From the NCBI GenBank assembly GCA_028534125.1, contig CM052841.1, forward strand, positions 11,284,001 to 11,348,000: a stretch of DNA of 64,000 nucleotides. Direction: 5' to 3'. A program made the position numbers and the translations under genes. Every line of letters starts with the position of its first letter. The stretch's first letter is position 1. Origin of the DNA: Lama glama (taxonomy: Eukaryota). Below the pieces are notes generated by a model. That model was not told the origin of the DNA, searched no databases, and worked only from the letters and a program-made list of their open reading frames with translations. Below are positions 1-12,120 of the stretch, piece after piece.

Positions 1-474
1 TTCGAAGTTTAATCAATAACTAATGTAAGTGAAATGTCTCTTTCTCACCTGTTTCCTATTGAAAACATTCTCTGGTTTCTAGATTTGTGGAGCTTTTTGT
101 TGGACATTCAGATTGTAGGTGTGTATATAATTGTGCCAGGCGTATGTTTTAATACTACTGTCCTGGCCAGAGAGATGATGTTAAACATGTACTAAAAATG
201 TCAGGGGATAATATATTTCCTGATAAATGCACATTACCCCCAGGTAGTCTTCACATGACTGGGCTCCTGTCTCCTCGTTAATTCACTTTAACAGTGTGTG
301 ACTCAAAGGTGCTACATCCAGAGCTTGCGAGGCAGTGTCCCGGTCATCCCTGAACCAAGGCCACTGGACAGTCACCCAAGGTGGGGACTGCCTTCGGGAA
401 CCAGCTGGTCGAACAGAGGATGAATCCCCTGCGGCCTGGTATAAATCGAGACCACTTGCCTACTTGATGCAGGG

Positions 475-970
475 TGTCGCAGTCGCTTCCAGGGGCTGCT
501 ATAGCAAATGACCACACATTTGGTGGCTTAAAACAACTGAAACTGATCTCACATTTCTGGAGACCAGAAGTGTGAAACCAGTTCCACTGAGCTGAAATCA
601 GGCATTAGCAGAGCTGTACTCCTCCCTGGAAACTCTGAGGCAAAATCCTCCTGTGTCTCGTCCAGCTTCTGATGACTGCCAGCCTTCTTTGGCTTGTCGC
701 CACATCACTCTGGTCTCTGTCTCTGTGGCCACAGGAGTTTTCCTCATCTGTCACTGCCACTTCTCCCTCCCTCTTTCCGCCTCTTGTGAGGACCCATGAG
801 ACTGCATTGAGGGCCCACCCAGATAAGGCAGGATGATCTCCCATCTCAAGATCCTTATATCACATCTGAAAAATCCTTTTTTTTTACCACGTAAGGAACT
901 TTCACAGGCTCCAGAGATTAGGACCTGAGTATCTTTGCGGGGAGGGAGGTGCAGTGTTCAGGCTACCACA
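475..970 (-). mobile_element. MaLR solo LTR, MLT1 family (MLT1D/E-like)
   Basis: Antisense MLT1 hallmarks: 'gggctgctatagcaaatgaccacacatttggtggcttaaaacaac', 'gggcccacccagataa...ggatgatctcccatctcaagatcctt', ending 'ctaccaca'. Confidence 0.88.
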
Positions 971-1611
971 GACATGGAGGTGTCTGGAGGTGAGTGCTGG
1001 AATTGACCTACCTACTATAGTGCTGAACTCATAAAAAAGATTTTGAATTCTGTATAGGCAAAAATACATCCTTCTGGTGGAATGCCGTGTACCTCTTGCA
1101 AAAATGAAGGTTCTCCTTTCTAATGAAGGGTGGCTCCTATTTCTTGACAGAGAAAACACTTTTGGGGTATTTTTCATGTTTTAGTTTTAATTTCTGATCT
1201 AGGTTTAATTGGATATGAAGATGAAAACGATGACATCGTAAATAGTTCTGTTATAAAAGCTCCCCTGAGAAGCAGATACATTAGACTACCTTTTAAAATG
1301 ATATTTAACATTTATCTTCTGATTAGAAAAGGATAGCTCATTTTAGGAAATTTATAAAACCCAGAACAGCATGAAGAAGGAAAAAACTGCTGTAATTTAA
1401 CAACCTAGAAATGATGACTATTGACATTCTGGCTTCTTTTATGACATTACATTAGTTCTCTCCCTAGAGTAGTTAGCGGTTGTTACACCATTTGTCTGCC
1501 CTGGGTTGAAACACCATCATTGTTGTTATCGGGAAATAGGATTTTCTGAAATGCTGGAAAACTGAAGAAGCAATGCTGTTGTTCAGCTTAGACTCTGCTT
1601 TCTTCCTACAG

Positions 1612-1710
1612 TTGGAGAGTTGACTTTACCGCCCCTGAGTTTGATTCAGGTACAGGGAGATCTGGATATTTGCAAGCATTTCCTTAAACAGAAGGAATCT
1701 GTCAGTGAGG
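1612..1710 (+). other. Candidate 99-nt cassette exon (unverified)
   Basis: Acceptor 'ctctgctttcttcctacag|' and donor 'agg|gtgagt' in non-repetitive sequence; one frame is open (phase 1-1). Confidence 0.25.
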
Positions 1711-3011
1711 GTGAGTTCTTCCTGAATGCATGGTTAAGCTGACTCCTAGCATGTTTTGGTAGAACCCCAACCCTGAGAGATGCCCTGAAGGGGAAACAAA
1801 AGTCGTTCAGGAACAAGTTAAGTTTGGGAAACCGTGCGTGCACATGTGTGTTTTAATAGTCACAATGCATAGTAACATTAAAAAAAACCAGAGACCTTCT
1901 AGAATAAAGGAATGTGTTTAACCTAGAGTTTCCCTCCAACTGATTGATTTTTTTTGTAAAGCTTATTACAAAAAAGTATGTGGAGCATAATTTGTGAAAC
2001 ACAGTATTTATTAATGAACTTAGAGAAGGGATATCCAAATGTTTTTGGTGTGCTATGATTCTGGTCAAAAAAAAAAAGTGTGTGTGTATCTATAGCTCTT
2101 ATAAGTAGTAGTATTGTCATCCTTGGCAAAATCGAGTTTTTAAAAGTGGTGTATTTGATTCTAGTATTATAAAACGTTTTTTTAAACTAAAGATGTCTTA
2201 CATTATAATACGTTAGATGACTTTTCTCTACCCTTTGGGGAGTTAGGAATTAAACTCTAGGAATAGTATCAAGCAGAGTGAAAGTTCAAGGGAAGAGTGA
2301 AAGAAATTTGTATGTTTAAAAAAAAAAATGTGTGAAAGCTTCCCAACCTGTCCCACCAAGTGTCATTTTGGCCTGAAGCTGAATTAGTTCTCATCTGATT
2401 AAATCAGAATCGAATTCTGCTATTTCCTAACTGCTGTGAAGTGCAGATTTTTTAAATGTGTCAAAAAAAAGCAAGAATTTAATCCTAGTAGGAAACAACT
2501 CTTAAAAGAGAATAATTAGCATTTCATTTATATCATTGTACAACTTTTCAACATACAAAATTTTTCATTCTGTTTCTATAACGTGTAATTATTAAATGCC
2601 TGGTCAGAACACCAGCATTAATTTTGAATTTTAGGTTTCTAAATTTAGGTTTTTTTCCAGAGCTTGAAAAATCTTAGGAGAGAGGATTGAAAACCACACT
2701 AACTTTGTTTTAATGTCCACGTCATCAAATGAACATGGTTTTGTCAGGACCATAATTAAATGCTTGATTTTTATACTTGGAGGATCAAGAAATGGCCCAG
2801 GTAATGTAAACAAGTGGCTAATCCAGAAATTGCTTATTTGAATTTAGGAAGTAACCACAGATGTACATTTTTACACATAGTCTTTCTACACAGACATACT
2901 CTGAAGTATCTGGGAAATGAAACCCTCATTTCCCTGGTTAATTAAGCATCAAAAGGCCTGTAAAGGAAGAGGAGAGGTCTTCTCATTTATCTTCACCGCA
3001 GTCCTGTAGGG

Positions 3012-3594
3012 CAGTGGCTCTGAGAGGACCTCAGGACCTCTGCATCACCTGGCATCATGGTTAATTTTTAGCATCAACTCACCTAGACTATGATACCCTG
3101 TTGTTTGGCCAAACACAGTCTAGATGTTGTTGTGGAGGTCTTTATATCAGTAGACTTTGAGGAAAGCAGGTTACCCTCCATAACCTGGGTGAGCCTCATC
3201 CAATCCATTGAAGACCTTAAAAGATTGAGGTTCCTAGAAGAGGGAAGGATTCTGTTCTAGACTGCCTTCGTACTCAAGACGACAGCATGGACTCCCAGTG
3301 GGATTTCTAGCCTGCTGACCTGCCCTACTTTATGCTTGCCAGGGCCACAATCATGTGGTCTGATCCCTTAAAATAAATCGGTGTGTGGTGTGTGTGATAA
3401 CACGTACACTGTACACCATATTGGTTCTGTTTCTCCGGAGAACAGTAATACACCTGGATGCTTGTTACAAATGCAGACCTCAGGCCCCTCCCCAGGCCTG
3501 CTAAATCAGAAACAACAGGGGTGGGACTCAGCAGTCTTCCTCAACCAGAGGATGCTGATGACCCCTCTCCCACCCCCAAGCTTCAGAGCCCCTG
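3012..3594 (+). mobile_element. MER5A (hAT-Charlie), split by an MLT2 LTR
   Basis: 'cagtggctctgag...gcatcacctgg' then 'cttgttacaaatgcagacctcaggcccctccccaggcctgctaaatcagaaac...ggggtgggactcagca...cttcagagcccctg'. Confidence 0.8.
3053..3452 (+). mobile_element. ERVL solo LTR, MLT2 family
   Basis: Begins 'catcatggttaatttt', contains 'ggttaccctccataa...gcctcatccaatc', ends 'ggttctgtttctccggagaacagtaataca'; exact 5-bp TSD CCTGG at 3048-3052 and 3453-3457. Confidence 0.9.
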
Positions 3595-4231
3595 CAGGTA
3601 AATAGAAGCAGTCTGCCAGAGCAGTTGAAGAAATTGAGATTCAGAAAGGTTAAGTAATGTGCCCAAAGTCATCCAGTTTTGATGTGGCTCAGGTTTATTC
3701 TTGACACTTTGAGAAGGATAAAATAATATTCATTGATAGCTTAGCAGTCTTGGCATCTGCTTTTCAAGTGCCCTGTTGAGATGCCCATTTTCTGGGGAAA
3801 AAAAAAAAAGAACATGCAGGGAACCAACTGTGCGTATGTAGTTGATGAGAGCAGTGGTTCCAAGTCTTTATACCATCAGGTATCCCTTGTATTATTTCAT
3901 GTGGTGAAAGATTTTGTTGATTAAAGAAGCTCTGTCTTACAGTAACAGTTATTTTGCTGTGACAGCCACACAGAGTTCCTGATTGGCCTGAGATCACCAG
4001 TACTGCTGGACATAGGTGATGTATCCCAGGCAAAAGCAAAGGTGTTTGATGTTTTTAATTAGCTTATAAACCTAAATGTAGAACTTCCATTAAGCATTTC
4101 ACACTGGAAACAGCCAAGGATTTTCATTATTGTAGGACAGTTTTCCAGAGCATCTGGAGACTCCCTGTTGGATGTGTTGGCATTGCAGGACACTTTCAGA
4201 TATAGTTACCAAACAATGCCATGCAGCAACT

Positions 4232-4607
4232 AGGCTGTATTAGCAGGGTATAAAAGATAAACACCCAAATCTTAGTAGTGCCTCACATTTTTACTCAGCA
4301 AAATTGATTTACCAGATTGGGTGTGGCTCTCCTCTAAGCAGTAGACCAGAGACCCAGGGTCTGTCTTTTCTGAGGCTCTACTTTTGTTCGCCCATGATTC
4401 CCAAGGTTTCTGTGCAAGGGGGAGAGCATGGAGGTTTCTAATGGGCCGGCTGGGAAATGGTGTCATTATTTCCATCTGTATTCTGTTGTCCGGAACTCTG
4501 TCACGTAGCTGCACTGGAATGCAAGGGAGGCTGGGGAATAGGATCTGAGTGTGTGCCTGGGAACAAGCAGAAATGAGCTTGGTGATCAGCTGGCTGTCTC
4601 TGCCGCC
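4232..4607 (-). mobile_element. Old MaLR LTR (MLT1J/K-like)
   Basis: 'gaactctgtcacgtagctgcac...tgcaagggaggctggggaata...ttggtgatcagctggctgtctctgcc'. Confidence 0.7.
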
Positions 4608-5052
4608 TGGGCCCTGAGTGCTCGGATGTTTGTAGTTTTGTGCTTCTCCTGTGATGGATTTCTGTTCCCTACTAATGAAAATGGGTGTGAGGGGTTGGAA
4701 TTGAGTTGTTACTGATGCCGCTCAACCCTTCCCAGGTCCTTACTGGCCTGTGGGAAAAGATAGAGCCTGAAAAAATAAGTCACATTGTACCAGCTCTTGC
4801 CCACAGCTTCAGCAGGGACCTTCCACCACCTCTAGGTTTTCATCCAGTTACAGCTTATAGGTCAGTCTATTATCAGTACTTGTAATACACTATCTTCTGC
4901 CATTTTTGTCTCCCATCTCATGTGCACTCCCCACCCCACATCCCTGAGGGCGTGATCGTGCTGCTACCGTGCCAAGAACGCTGACTTAGTCTCCATAAAC
5001 CACTGACCCCTGAGAGTGGTCTTATATTCAGGGCAGAAGTGAGGAGAATACC

Positions 5053-5497
5053 TGTTGTCCTAGTTATCTGTTGCTGTGAAGCAAGCGACTCCATGAAACT
5101 ATTAATTTTTTCTTCCCCACCAGTCTTTGGGTTGATTGGGCTCAGCTGGGCAGCTCATCTGTCCCATGTGCCACTGCCTGGGGCTACTTGGGCGGCTGCA
5201 TTCAGCTGGGAGCTCGGCTGGAACTGGTAAACTTGAGATGGGCTCCCGTTCTCTGGGGCCCTGTCCACATGGCTCTCGTCTTTTAGGAGTTGTTCTTGGA
5301 CAGCTTAGCGGCGAGGCTCCGAGAAAGTGGAAGTTGCCAGGTCTCTTATGGTCATGGAAGACTCAGAACTGGACTTCTGCTGCATTTTATTGGTCAAAGC
5401 AAGACACAAAACCAGCGCAGATTCTAAGAGAAAGGAAATAGGTCTGCGTGTTAGGGGATGAGAGGAATTGTTGGTGGCACATGTGGAGATTATCACC
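5053..5497 (-). mobile_element. MaLR LTR (MLT1F-H-like)
   Basis: 'agttatctgttgctgtg', 'gggctcagctgggcagctc', 'ggctgcattcagctgg', 'cttctgctgcattttattggtcaaagcaag'. Confidence 0.75.
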
Positions 5498-6189
5498 GTG
5501 TCTTTATACACTTTGTCACCCATTACTTCAAGGTCCTGCTACTTGTGTTTTGCTGTATCAGTCACCCGTGAAATTATTCCACCACCAGCATAACTTTCCT
5601 CCAGAGGTTTCAGGCTACTGATGTCATTGCTGTAAGCTTGGGCAGGGAGGCCCTGATTCTGGGAATGTGTGAGGTGTACACAGGAAATAATGAATGAACT
5701 AGTTTGATTGATGATGAGGGTTTGTGTTTGGAAGGTAGTGAGTTTGAAGAATTAAGCAGTGGCCTGAATTCTAGACTAAAGGGTCAGGGAGCCTGGATTA
5801 ATGGTGGCAAATCACAAAGCAAGGTTTTCAGAAGACAAATCTCCTAATTGTGTAAAGCAGATTGAAGGACAGTGTCACTGACCATGGCCACCATATTAGT
5901 GGAATAAAATGAGCAAGGCTCGGAATATGGGCAGAATAGTGGGGCCTAAAAGAAATAGTCATGAAAGACAGACATAGTCAGCATGACTAAAGGAGGCTGT
6001 GCAGAGGCGGAAAGGAGGAATGGAAGGCTGGGTGCAATCAGCTCTGCCACAAGTAACAGTTTGAAAATACTGTTAACAGGGAGGTTTGTGCTAAACAGGA
6101 GACTCTAGAACTAATCAGAGACAGGTAGCTGAGAAGCTCGTACATTTAAATCTTAGTTTGGTCTTGTTTGGGGATGATAGTAAAAATTC

Positions 6190-6613
6190 ATCTATCAGTC
6201 AGCTTGGAATTTACTGTGCTATGGCAACAGACAGCTCCAGAATCTCAATGGCTTCTTACATCCCAGGACTCATTTCCCACTCATGTTCCGACTGTTGCAA
6301 GTCATCTCAAATCTGCCTCACATCTTCTCCATTTTGTGATCAGGCAGAAGCAGCAGCCTGTCTGGAACAGTCCTGTCTCAGATTGGAGGGAAAACAAAAC
6401 TTGGTGGATGCCCATGATAGCTTTCAAAGTTTCTGCTTAGAGTTGCATATATCCCTTCCATGTTTTATTTTATCTTTATTGTATTAGCCAAAGCAGGTCA
6501 CAGAGTTACGCCTGCTGCCTATGGGAACAAGAATTACATTCCTCTCACAAGAAGAGAGAAAGCGCTCCTTTGGGGCAGCAAATATTTTTGAATAAATAAT
6601 GCAATCAGCTACA
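6190..6613 (-). mobile_element. Old MaLR LTR (MLT1I-K-like)
   Basis: 'gcaacagacagctccagaatctcaatggctt', 'tattagccaaagcaggtcacag', 'gcagcaaatatttttgaataaataatgcaatcagctaca'. Confidence 0.65.
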
Positions 6614-6619
6614 TTTCCC

Positions 6620-7100
6620 CCTATTTTTAATTACACAGATAATGAAAATCATCATAGAAAATATGGGAAAGGACACAGGCGAACGTTTCCAATCACCCTA
6701 AGTTCCCCTCACTGGAAATAACTGCTACTGTTAGTGTTTTGATATAAATATCTTTGGATGTTTTTCCTGGGAAATTTTTACAAGGGCATCAAATGATACA
6801 TGCTGTCCTGTCACTTGGTACCGACTGAAAAGTACACAGTAGCCATGCACCCGTGTAAGTAAATACACACCTACGTCCTAACGCATAATGGCTCTCTGGT
6901 ATTCCTCTGTACAAATACACCATAATTTACTTAATTGTTGGACATTTAGATGTTTCCAGTTTCACTGTCTAATAAAATGCTACCATAAGTCTCTTCTATG
7001 TACGTATTTTTGCACATTTCTCAGACTGTTGCTCTTGGATAAATTCCTCGCAGTGGCATCATTAGAGGGATTTCTTTTTAAAGGCCTCTTTGATACACCA
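6620..7100 (-). mobile_element. Ancient L1 (L1ME-like) 3' fragment
   Basis: 'caccataatttacttaa...ttgttggacatttagatgtttccagttt', 'ggataaattcctcgcagtgg'. Confidence 0.7.
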
Positions 7101-8087
7101 TTGACAAGTTTTATTGCTTAGTTTATAAGGCCCACTCTTCCTTTTCCCTCTTCTAAAATGGAGTAGTGTTACCATGGCAATAGAAAAAAAATCAGTATTC
7201 ACTGAAGGGCCTTATTTGTCTTTGTCTTCATTTTAGCTCAAAAGTTAGATTTTTGTGCCAAGGTTGGCATGTGAAGTACCTGTCCAGAGTCTATTCTGGG
7301 TTAGGAAGTCAGCACCCCCTGGAGGTGACCTCTGCATCCCTGGTCATCCTGTTTCATAAATTGGCTCCCCTGTTGTCTGCTGGAAAGGCTTTGTCAGGCA
7401 CTGCTGGTCTTGTAAGTTGCTCTGTCTAGGGAGACTCAGTGACTGATGGGTGTCCTATCAGCTTGTGGTTTGGAAAGCGGTCGGTCATAAACAAGGCAGT
7501 TTATATAAAGATGATGAATTTAAAAACTCATTATGGTGGATTTATTTGGGGATCTGATTCATTACTGAAGACCAGTTGAAGGCATGATACAAGCTACCTA
7601 TTGTCTGGATTTTCTTGAAGAGAGGAAGAAGCTGAGTGCATGATGAAATGGTTAGTTTAGCCCACCTTCCAGGGAGGCGCTGCTGTTTTGGAGACTAAGC
7701 TTGAAGTCTGGATTCTCAAACTGGTGGTTGAATTGAAAGATGGTCAGAGATGGTGCAAGTGTAACTTCCGAGGCATCCACGTGAGGTGAGTGAGGTGCTC
7801 ATGGGGTGAAGGGCAGAACTGTTCTTGGTGGGTGGGGGAGGCGAGATGAGCAGCAGGAACACAGCCTTTCAGTGCCCAGCAGCTGGGATGGGGCTGGGGA
7901 GCCCTGAAGCTAGACTTGAACAGCTCTGCAGTGGTGCTCACTGAAACACCGGGTTGCTTATTCTGCGTGGCAAAAAGTAAATGTACATTCATGTTGTCAA
8001 ATGATGCAGAGTCTCAAGTGGTACATACAGAGCAAGCGCCATTGTATGGCGTTCTCATCTTGTTTGTTTGTTTGTTTTTCTTTAAAG

Positions 8088-8325
8088 AGGGCAGGAAGCA
8101 GTTAAGAGGGGCGCTTTGGAGGAAGACGGCGTGTGGCCTGAGCGCTGACTGGGCCGCTTTCTGGCTGCGTGGCCGCCTGTTACCTCCCCTCGGGCTACGC
8201 ATTCTCGTTTATGAAGTGAGAGAGAGAAGCAGTATCTAGCTCAGAGGAGATTTATAAGATTGAAATACATAACATACGTAGTGGAACCCCTGCCTGGCGC
8301 ATAGAGGTCTGTAAATGGTGTCTGT
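8088..8325 (+). mobile_element. MIR SINE, unusually CpG-rich
   Basis: Colinear with the MIR consensus: 'cagttaagagggg...tttggagg', 'gctgcgtggcc...ttacctcccctcgggctacgcattctcgtttatgaagtgag', 'tgcctggcgcatagaggtctgtaaatggt'. Confidence 0.7.
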
Positions 8326-8479
8326 TTTTCAATACGATATATAGTATAATTATCAGTATTTTCCAAGAGCAGAAGCATACTTGACAGGTTTGAGTCATGT
8401 AATCAGGGGCAGTACCCCGGCCCTCATAATCGTGCACTTGAAGGTGGCTTTAACTATATAACCTTACATGGTTCTTCCT

Positions 8480-8830
8480 GCTTTTTGTGCTGTTATAAAG
8501 CAAACTGCAGTGTTTCAGTGGCTTAGTGCAATAGCGTTCATTTCTTAATGTACCAGTTGAATGGGATGTTGCTGGACGGAGGATAACTTTCCTTCACATG
8601 GTGACTGAGATTCCCAGCTTCTTCTGTTTTGTGTCCCTGCCATCCTTAAGACCTTAGATTTTATTGCTATCACAGAGAAGGGAGAAGCATAAAGGAACAT
8701 TGTGAGAGGGTTTTCCATGGTTCTGACCTAGAGATGGTGCATATCATTTCTGCTCACATTGCATGGTCTAGAACTAATTCACGTCTTCACACCTTACTGC
8801 TGAACTTGACGTAGTGAATCTACCTTGGTT
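8480..8830 (-). mobile_element. Old MaLR LTR fragment (MLT1J/K-like)
   Basis: 'gctgttataaagcaaac...tttcagtggcttag', 'atcatttctgctcacattgcatggtctagaactaattcac'. Confidence 0.6.
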
Positions 8831-9769
8831 GGTGATCATACCTTGTAGGAAGTAGGGTTTGGGGGCAGGTCAGTACCTTTGTGGGAAAAAGACCAACAAG
8901 TGGTGTTTGGGGCAACTGTCAGGTGTACCAGGGACATCATCTTTAGGCACCTGGAAAAATGAACCTAGAGCTTCAGTGTGGCCATCCATCCTAAATGAGG
9001 ATATGTTTGCCTGTATCCGTCTTAGATACTGAGCTGTTAGATGAGGATGCTCAGGGTTAACCTTTCCTTTATGATAAATGCCCAACCCAATTGGAGGGAA
9101 AAGACTAGGCTTTTTTTTTTTTTTGGTATCTTTTTTCAATATACATTTTCTAGAAAACCATGCCTAGTATACATTGGGACTGGATATACCATCACATGAT
9201 TTATGATTAGTTCCACTGCTGCCCCAAAAAGAGATGAGCCCCTCTTGAATACAAGCGATCTCTGAAGAGTGCAGATCCAGCAGAACCAGGCAGGCCTTCA
9301 AGCTTTCCATGTTCCTTATATCATCATAGATCTGGTGCCTGCAAGCTTTTTATGGTGTTTTGGTTTAAGCTGGCCTCAGTGGAGGACTGGAGGACTGGCT
9401 GCTTGTGCTTAAACGAAGTTTGTCAACCTCACATCGCAGGGAAGGAGTTTTCTCACGGTCCTCCGAGTCTATAAAAAAGTGTTTATTACCTGCAGCAGTA
9501 AAATTATCTTGCTTTGATAGGAGCTCTTGTAGGGCGCAAGGGGGACCCACTAAAAGGTCCTTCTGCCTAAAGATATGAGGGAGGACATCCTGTCAAAGGG
9601 TCTTGTGAGCAATGGTGGGGGTCAGGCCTAGAGGACAAGGGCGTTCAGCTGAGGAATCAGTGTGGGCAGATTTAGGTAGCTCTGAGTGACCCAGTGTGTA
9701 GATGGAAAAGTAAATAGTTCAGCTGATGGAATGTGGGTCTTAAGTGAGGACTGAACTGGAGATGGAAGG

Positions 9770-9920
9770 TGATTTGTAAGCAGGCGCCTTAGGCAGGAGG
9801 ACCCTGTCCTCTTTGCTAAAGATTTTGGACTTATCTTTTGGGTATCGGGGAATCATTGAAGGGAATTCAGCTTGGGAATGACACTGACTTCTGCATTTTA
9901 GAAAGATCACTGGCAGAGGA
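9770..9920 (-). mobile_element. L2 LINE fragment
   Basis: 'gctaaagattttggacttatc...ggggaatcattgaaggg...tgcattttagaaagatcactggcag'. Confidence 0.65.
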
Positions 9921-10384
9921 TAAAGAACCAACCTGGAAATTCATGTTACATTTTATTTCTGGGCCTCGGAAGTTGGGACATTTCTTTTCGTGGGTTTCAA
10001 TTATTATCAAACATCTTTGGAGGATCAGTGTGACACAGGCCTAGAAGTGCATTTTTGAGAAGGTGTGGGAGAGACGTGAATTCCTTTGCTCAGCAACTCT
10101 GCTTTATACTCTGACCTGAAGAAGATTGAGATCACCAGCCATTCCATCCCAGGGCACTGACACCACCTGGAAAAGGTCACTGGTGCAACCGCCCTGAAAG
10201 CTGCCCTCGTGTTCTACTGCTTTGACCTCATATTGTCAGGTAATGTACCTTAGATGAGAAAATACAGTGCTGGCCCAAGTGGGACTTTTTTTTTTTTTAA
10301 GAAGTTTGAGCGGGATGTTTAACCTTTCTGAGTCAGTTTCCTCACCTGCAGACCTGGAGTTAATACCACCTGGCCTGCATAATA

Positions 10385-11010
10385 TAATCAGTTCTGCTGT
10401 AATTATTTTGAACCCACTTATTTATTTTGAAACCATTAATTTGTTCTAATATGACCAATATATTAGGGGAAAATTTGATCATGACATGGATTTTGTATTT
10501 GACGTTGTCTGCAAGAAACATTAGGTGAACACAGAAAACTAGCCAGCTGACCCAGGCCACGTGGGAATACACAGGTCACAAACCCACACCCCAGAAATCT
10601 GGCTACTTCACTTCTCTGCAAGGGTTGTCAGCCACAGCCACCCACATCTGGGGGTACGGCTGTCCCTCTGCTCTCAGATAACCCTCCCTCCATTGTGTCA
10701 CAGTAACTCATGAGCTGCAGCCCGGCTGATGCCCATTTCCATGAGCAAACTTTACGCCTTTTTCAAGGTGAAGGTCCATAAAATTCCATACATCTTTATT
10801 GTAGTATTTATGTATTTCTTTATCATTTAATATGTGTAAAGTGCTTCTACTCTTTTTATTAGGGTTCTCTATGTCACTGTCAAAATTTTGTGAGCATTGC
10901 GTCCCCAGCTCCAATTTTCCCATGAGCCCTGTGGTTTTTATTGTGCAATTTTTTTTTGCAGCACAGTGATTTTTAAGAATGCTTGGGTTGAGTTACAGCA
11001 AAGCTGACTG
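10385..11010 (+). mobile_element. MER82 (TcMar-Tigger), near full length, inserted in a MIR
   Basis: Terminal inverted repeats 'taatcagttctgctgtaa' and 'ttacagcaaagctgactg'; internal 'agaaacattaggtgaacacagaaaact', 'ttttcccatgagccctgtggtttttattg'; MIR halves at about 10310-10384 and 11011-11065. Confidence 0.85.
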
Positions 11011-11251
11011 TTCTGTAAAATTGTTAGGATGCATACGATAAAATTCTTGGTACAGTATTCATAGTGTGGGCATCCACGCAGGCGGATTTTCTTCCATTCA
11101 TAAAGCTGTTGGGTGGGGGCCAGATCAGATGGAAAGAATCTTTTCAATTGGCTTGATTATGGGTCACACTTCATTGTCATGTGAGGGGACGGAAGCAGTG
11201 GTGACGAGCGTTGCAGCCAGCTCTGCCTGCTCCGTTTACCAGTGCCCCTGA

Positions 11252-11774
11252 TGTGATTGATGCATGTGATTTAGCACTTTAGCTTCACCTCCAGCTAACC
11301 CGCCCTTCTATACCCGACATGGTGTTTGGACTGGGAGTCAGTCCTTGAAGATGGCTCCCAGTAGATCCTGCCCAGGGGTTCCTACAGGGAGACTGGAGGC
11401 CTGGAAGAGGGGAGAAGGGTGTGTTCCCTCCTGTGTGTGTGTGTGTGTTCTGTTTTCACCCTGGCTGTACTCCTGAGGCTCAGCTTCCAGTTTGTTTGTT
11501 GTTTTGACACAGTCAGCACCAGCCAGGCAGCACCTGCTCCTCAGAAGTCTACACCCAGCTCACAGAGCCCCTTCTCCAAGCTTCTAAATATCTTCCCTTT
11601 CTTCCCAAGGGGTGGTGATTGCTTCCTTTGGTTTGTATTTCTACATTAGCTCAGTGTTCTCTGTTCACTATGTCGATTCCACAGCACCTGTTTCACCAAT
11701 TTCTCATATCAGAGTCTCTCTGATAAGGTATTTGATAGGATTTCTGTTTTCCTCCCAGAATCCCAACTGATACA
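11252..11774 (+). mobile_element. ERVL solo LTR (LTR33-like)
   Basis: Starts 'tgtgattgatgcatgtgatttagcac', contains 'gggagactggaggcctggaagaggggagaaggg', ends 'tttctgttttcctcccagaatcccaactgataca'. Confidence 0.75.
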
Positions 11775-11909
11775 GGACAGAAGATCTGGTGATGCCAGTG
11801 TCAGTTGGAGCAGTGGTACAGGAGCAGAAGGTAGGATGGGCAGTTGACAGGCTTGACTGAGAAGCAGTAGCCCAGAGGTCCCATGACGAGGATGCTGGTC
11901 CCTTGCCAT

Positions 11910-12120
11910 CGGGGTGGAGAACTTGGGCCTGGAGCCTCAGCTCTGCCATTTAACCAGTTGTTTCTTCAACAGTTTATTTAATCCCCTTAAATCTGAATTT
12001 GCTTACCTGAAAAGAAAAAAGAGGGTGATAATAATACTGGTGGATGGGGGTTGGGGATAAATGAGACGATGCTTGCGAAGTGCTTCGGGCCGTGGCTGGC
12101 ACACGAGGAAGCTGAGAGTT
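11910..12120 (+). mobile_element. MIR SINE
   Basis: 'cagctctgccatttaaccag', 'gataataatac...gataaatgagacgatgcttgcgaagtgctt...gctggcacacgagga'. Confidence 0.65.

Larger units (their letters stand above)
2983..3680 (-). mobile_element. MIR SINE interrupted by MER5A and MLT2 insertions
   Basis: 'tcatttatcttcaccgcagtcctgtagg' on the left continues as 'gaagaaattgagattcagaaaggttaagtaatgtgcccaaagtcatccag' (MIR core) on the right. Confidence 0.7.

Noticed and set aside
300-490. CpG-enriched patch with TATAAAT
   Set aside because: Too short for a CpG island, with no supporting downstream exon; abuts an antisense LTR.
7673-7791. Open 113-nt segment between CAG and GAG|GTGAGT
   Set aside because: Resembles antisense L2, has a weak pyrimidine tract and an unrecognisable peptide.
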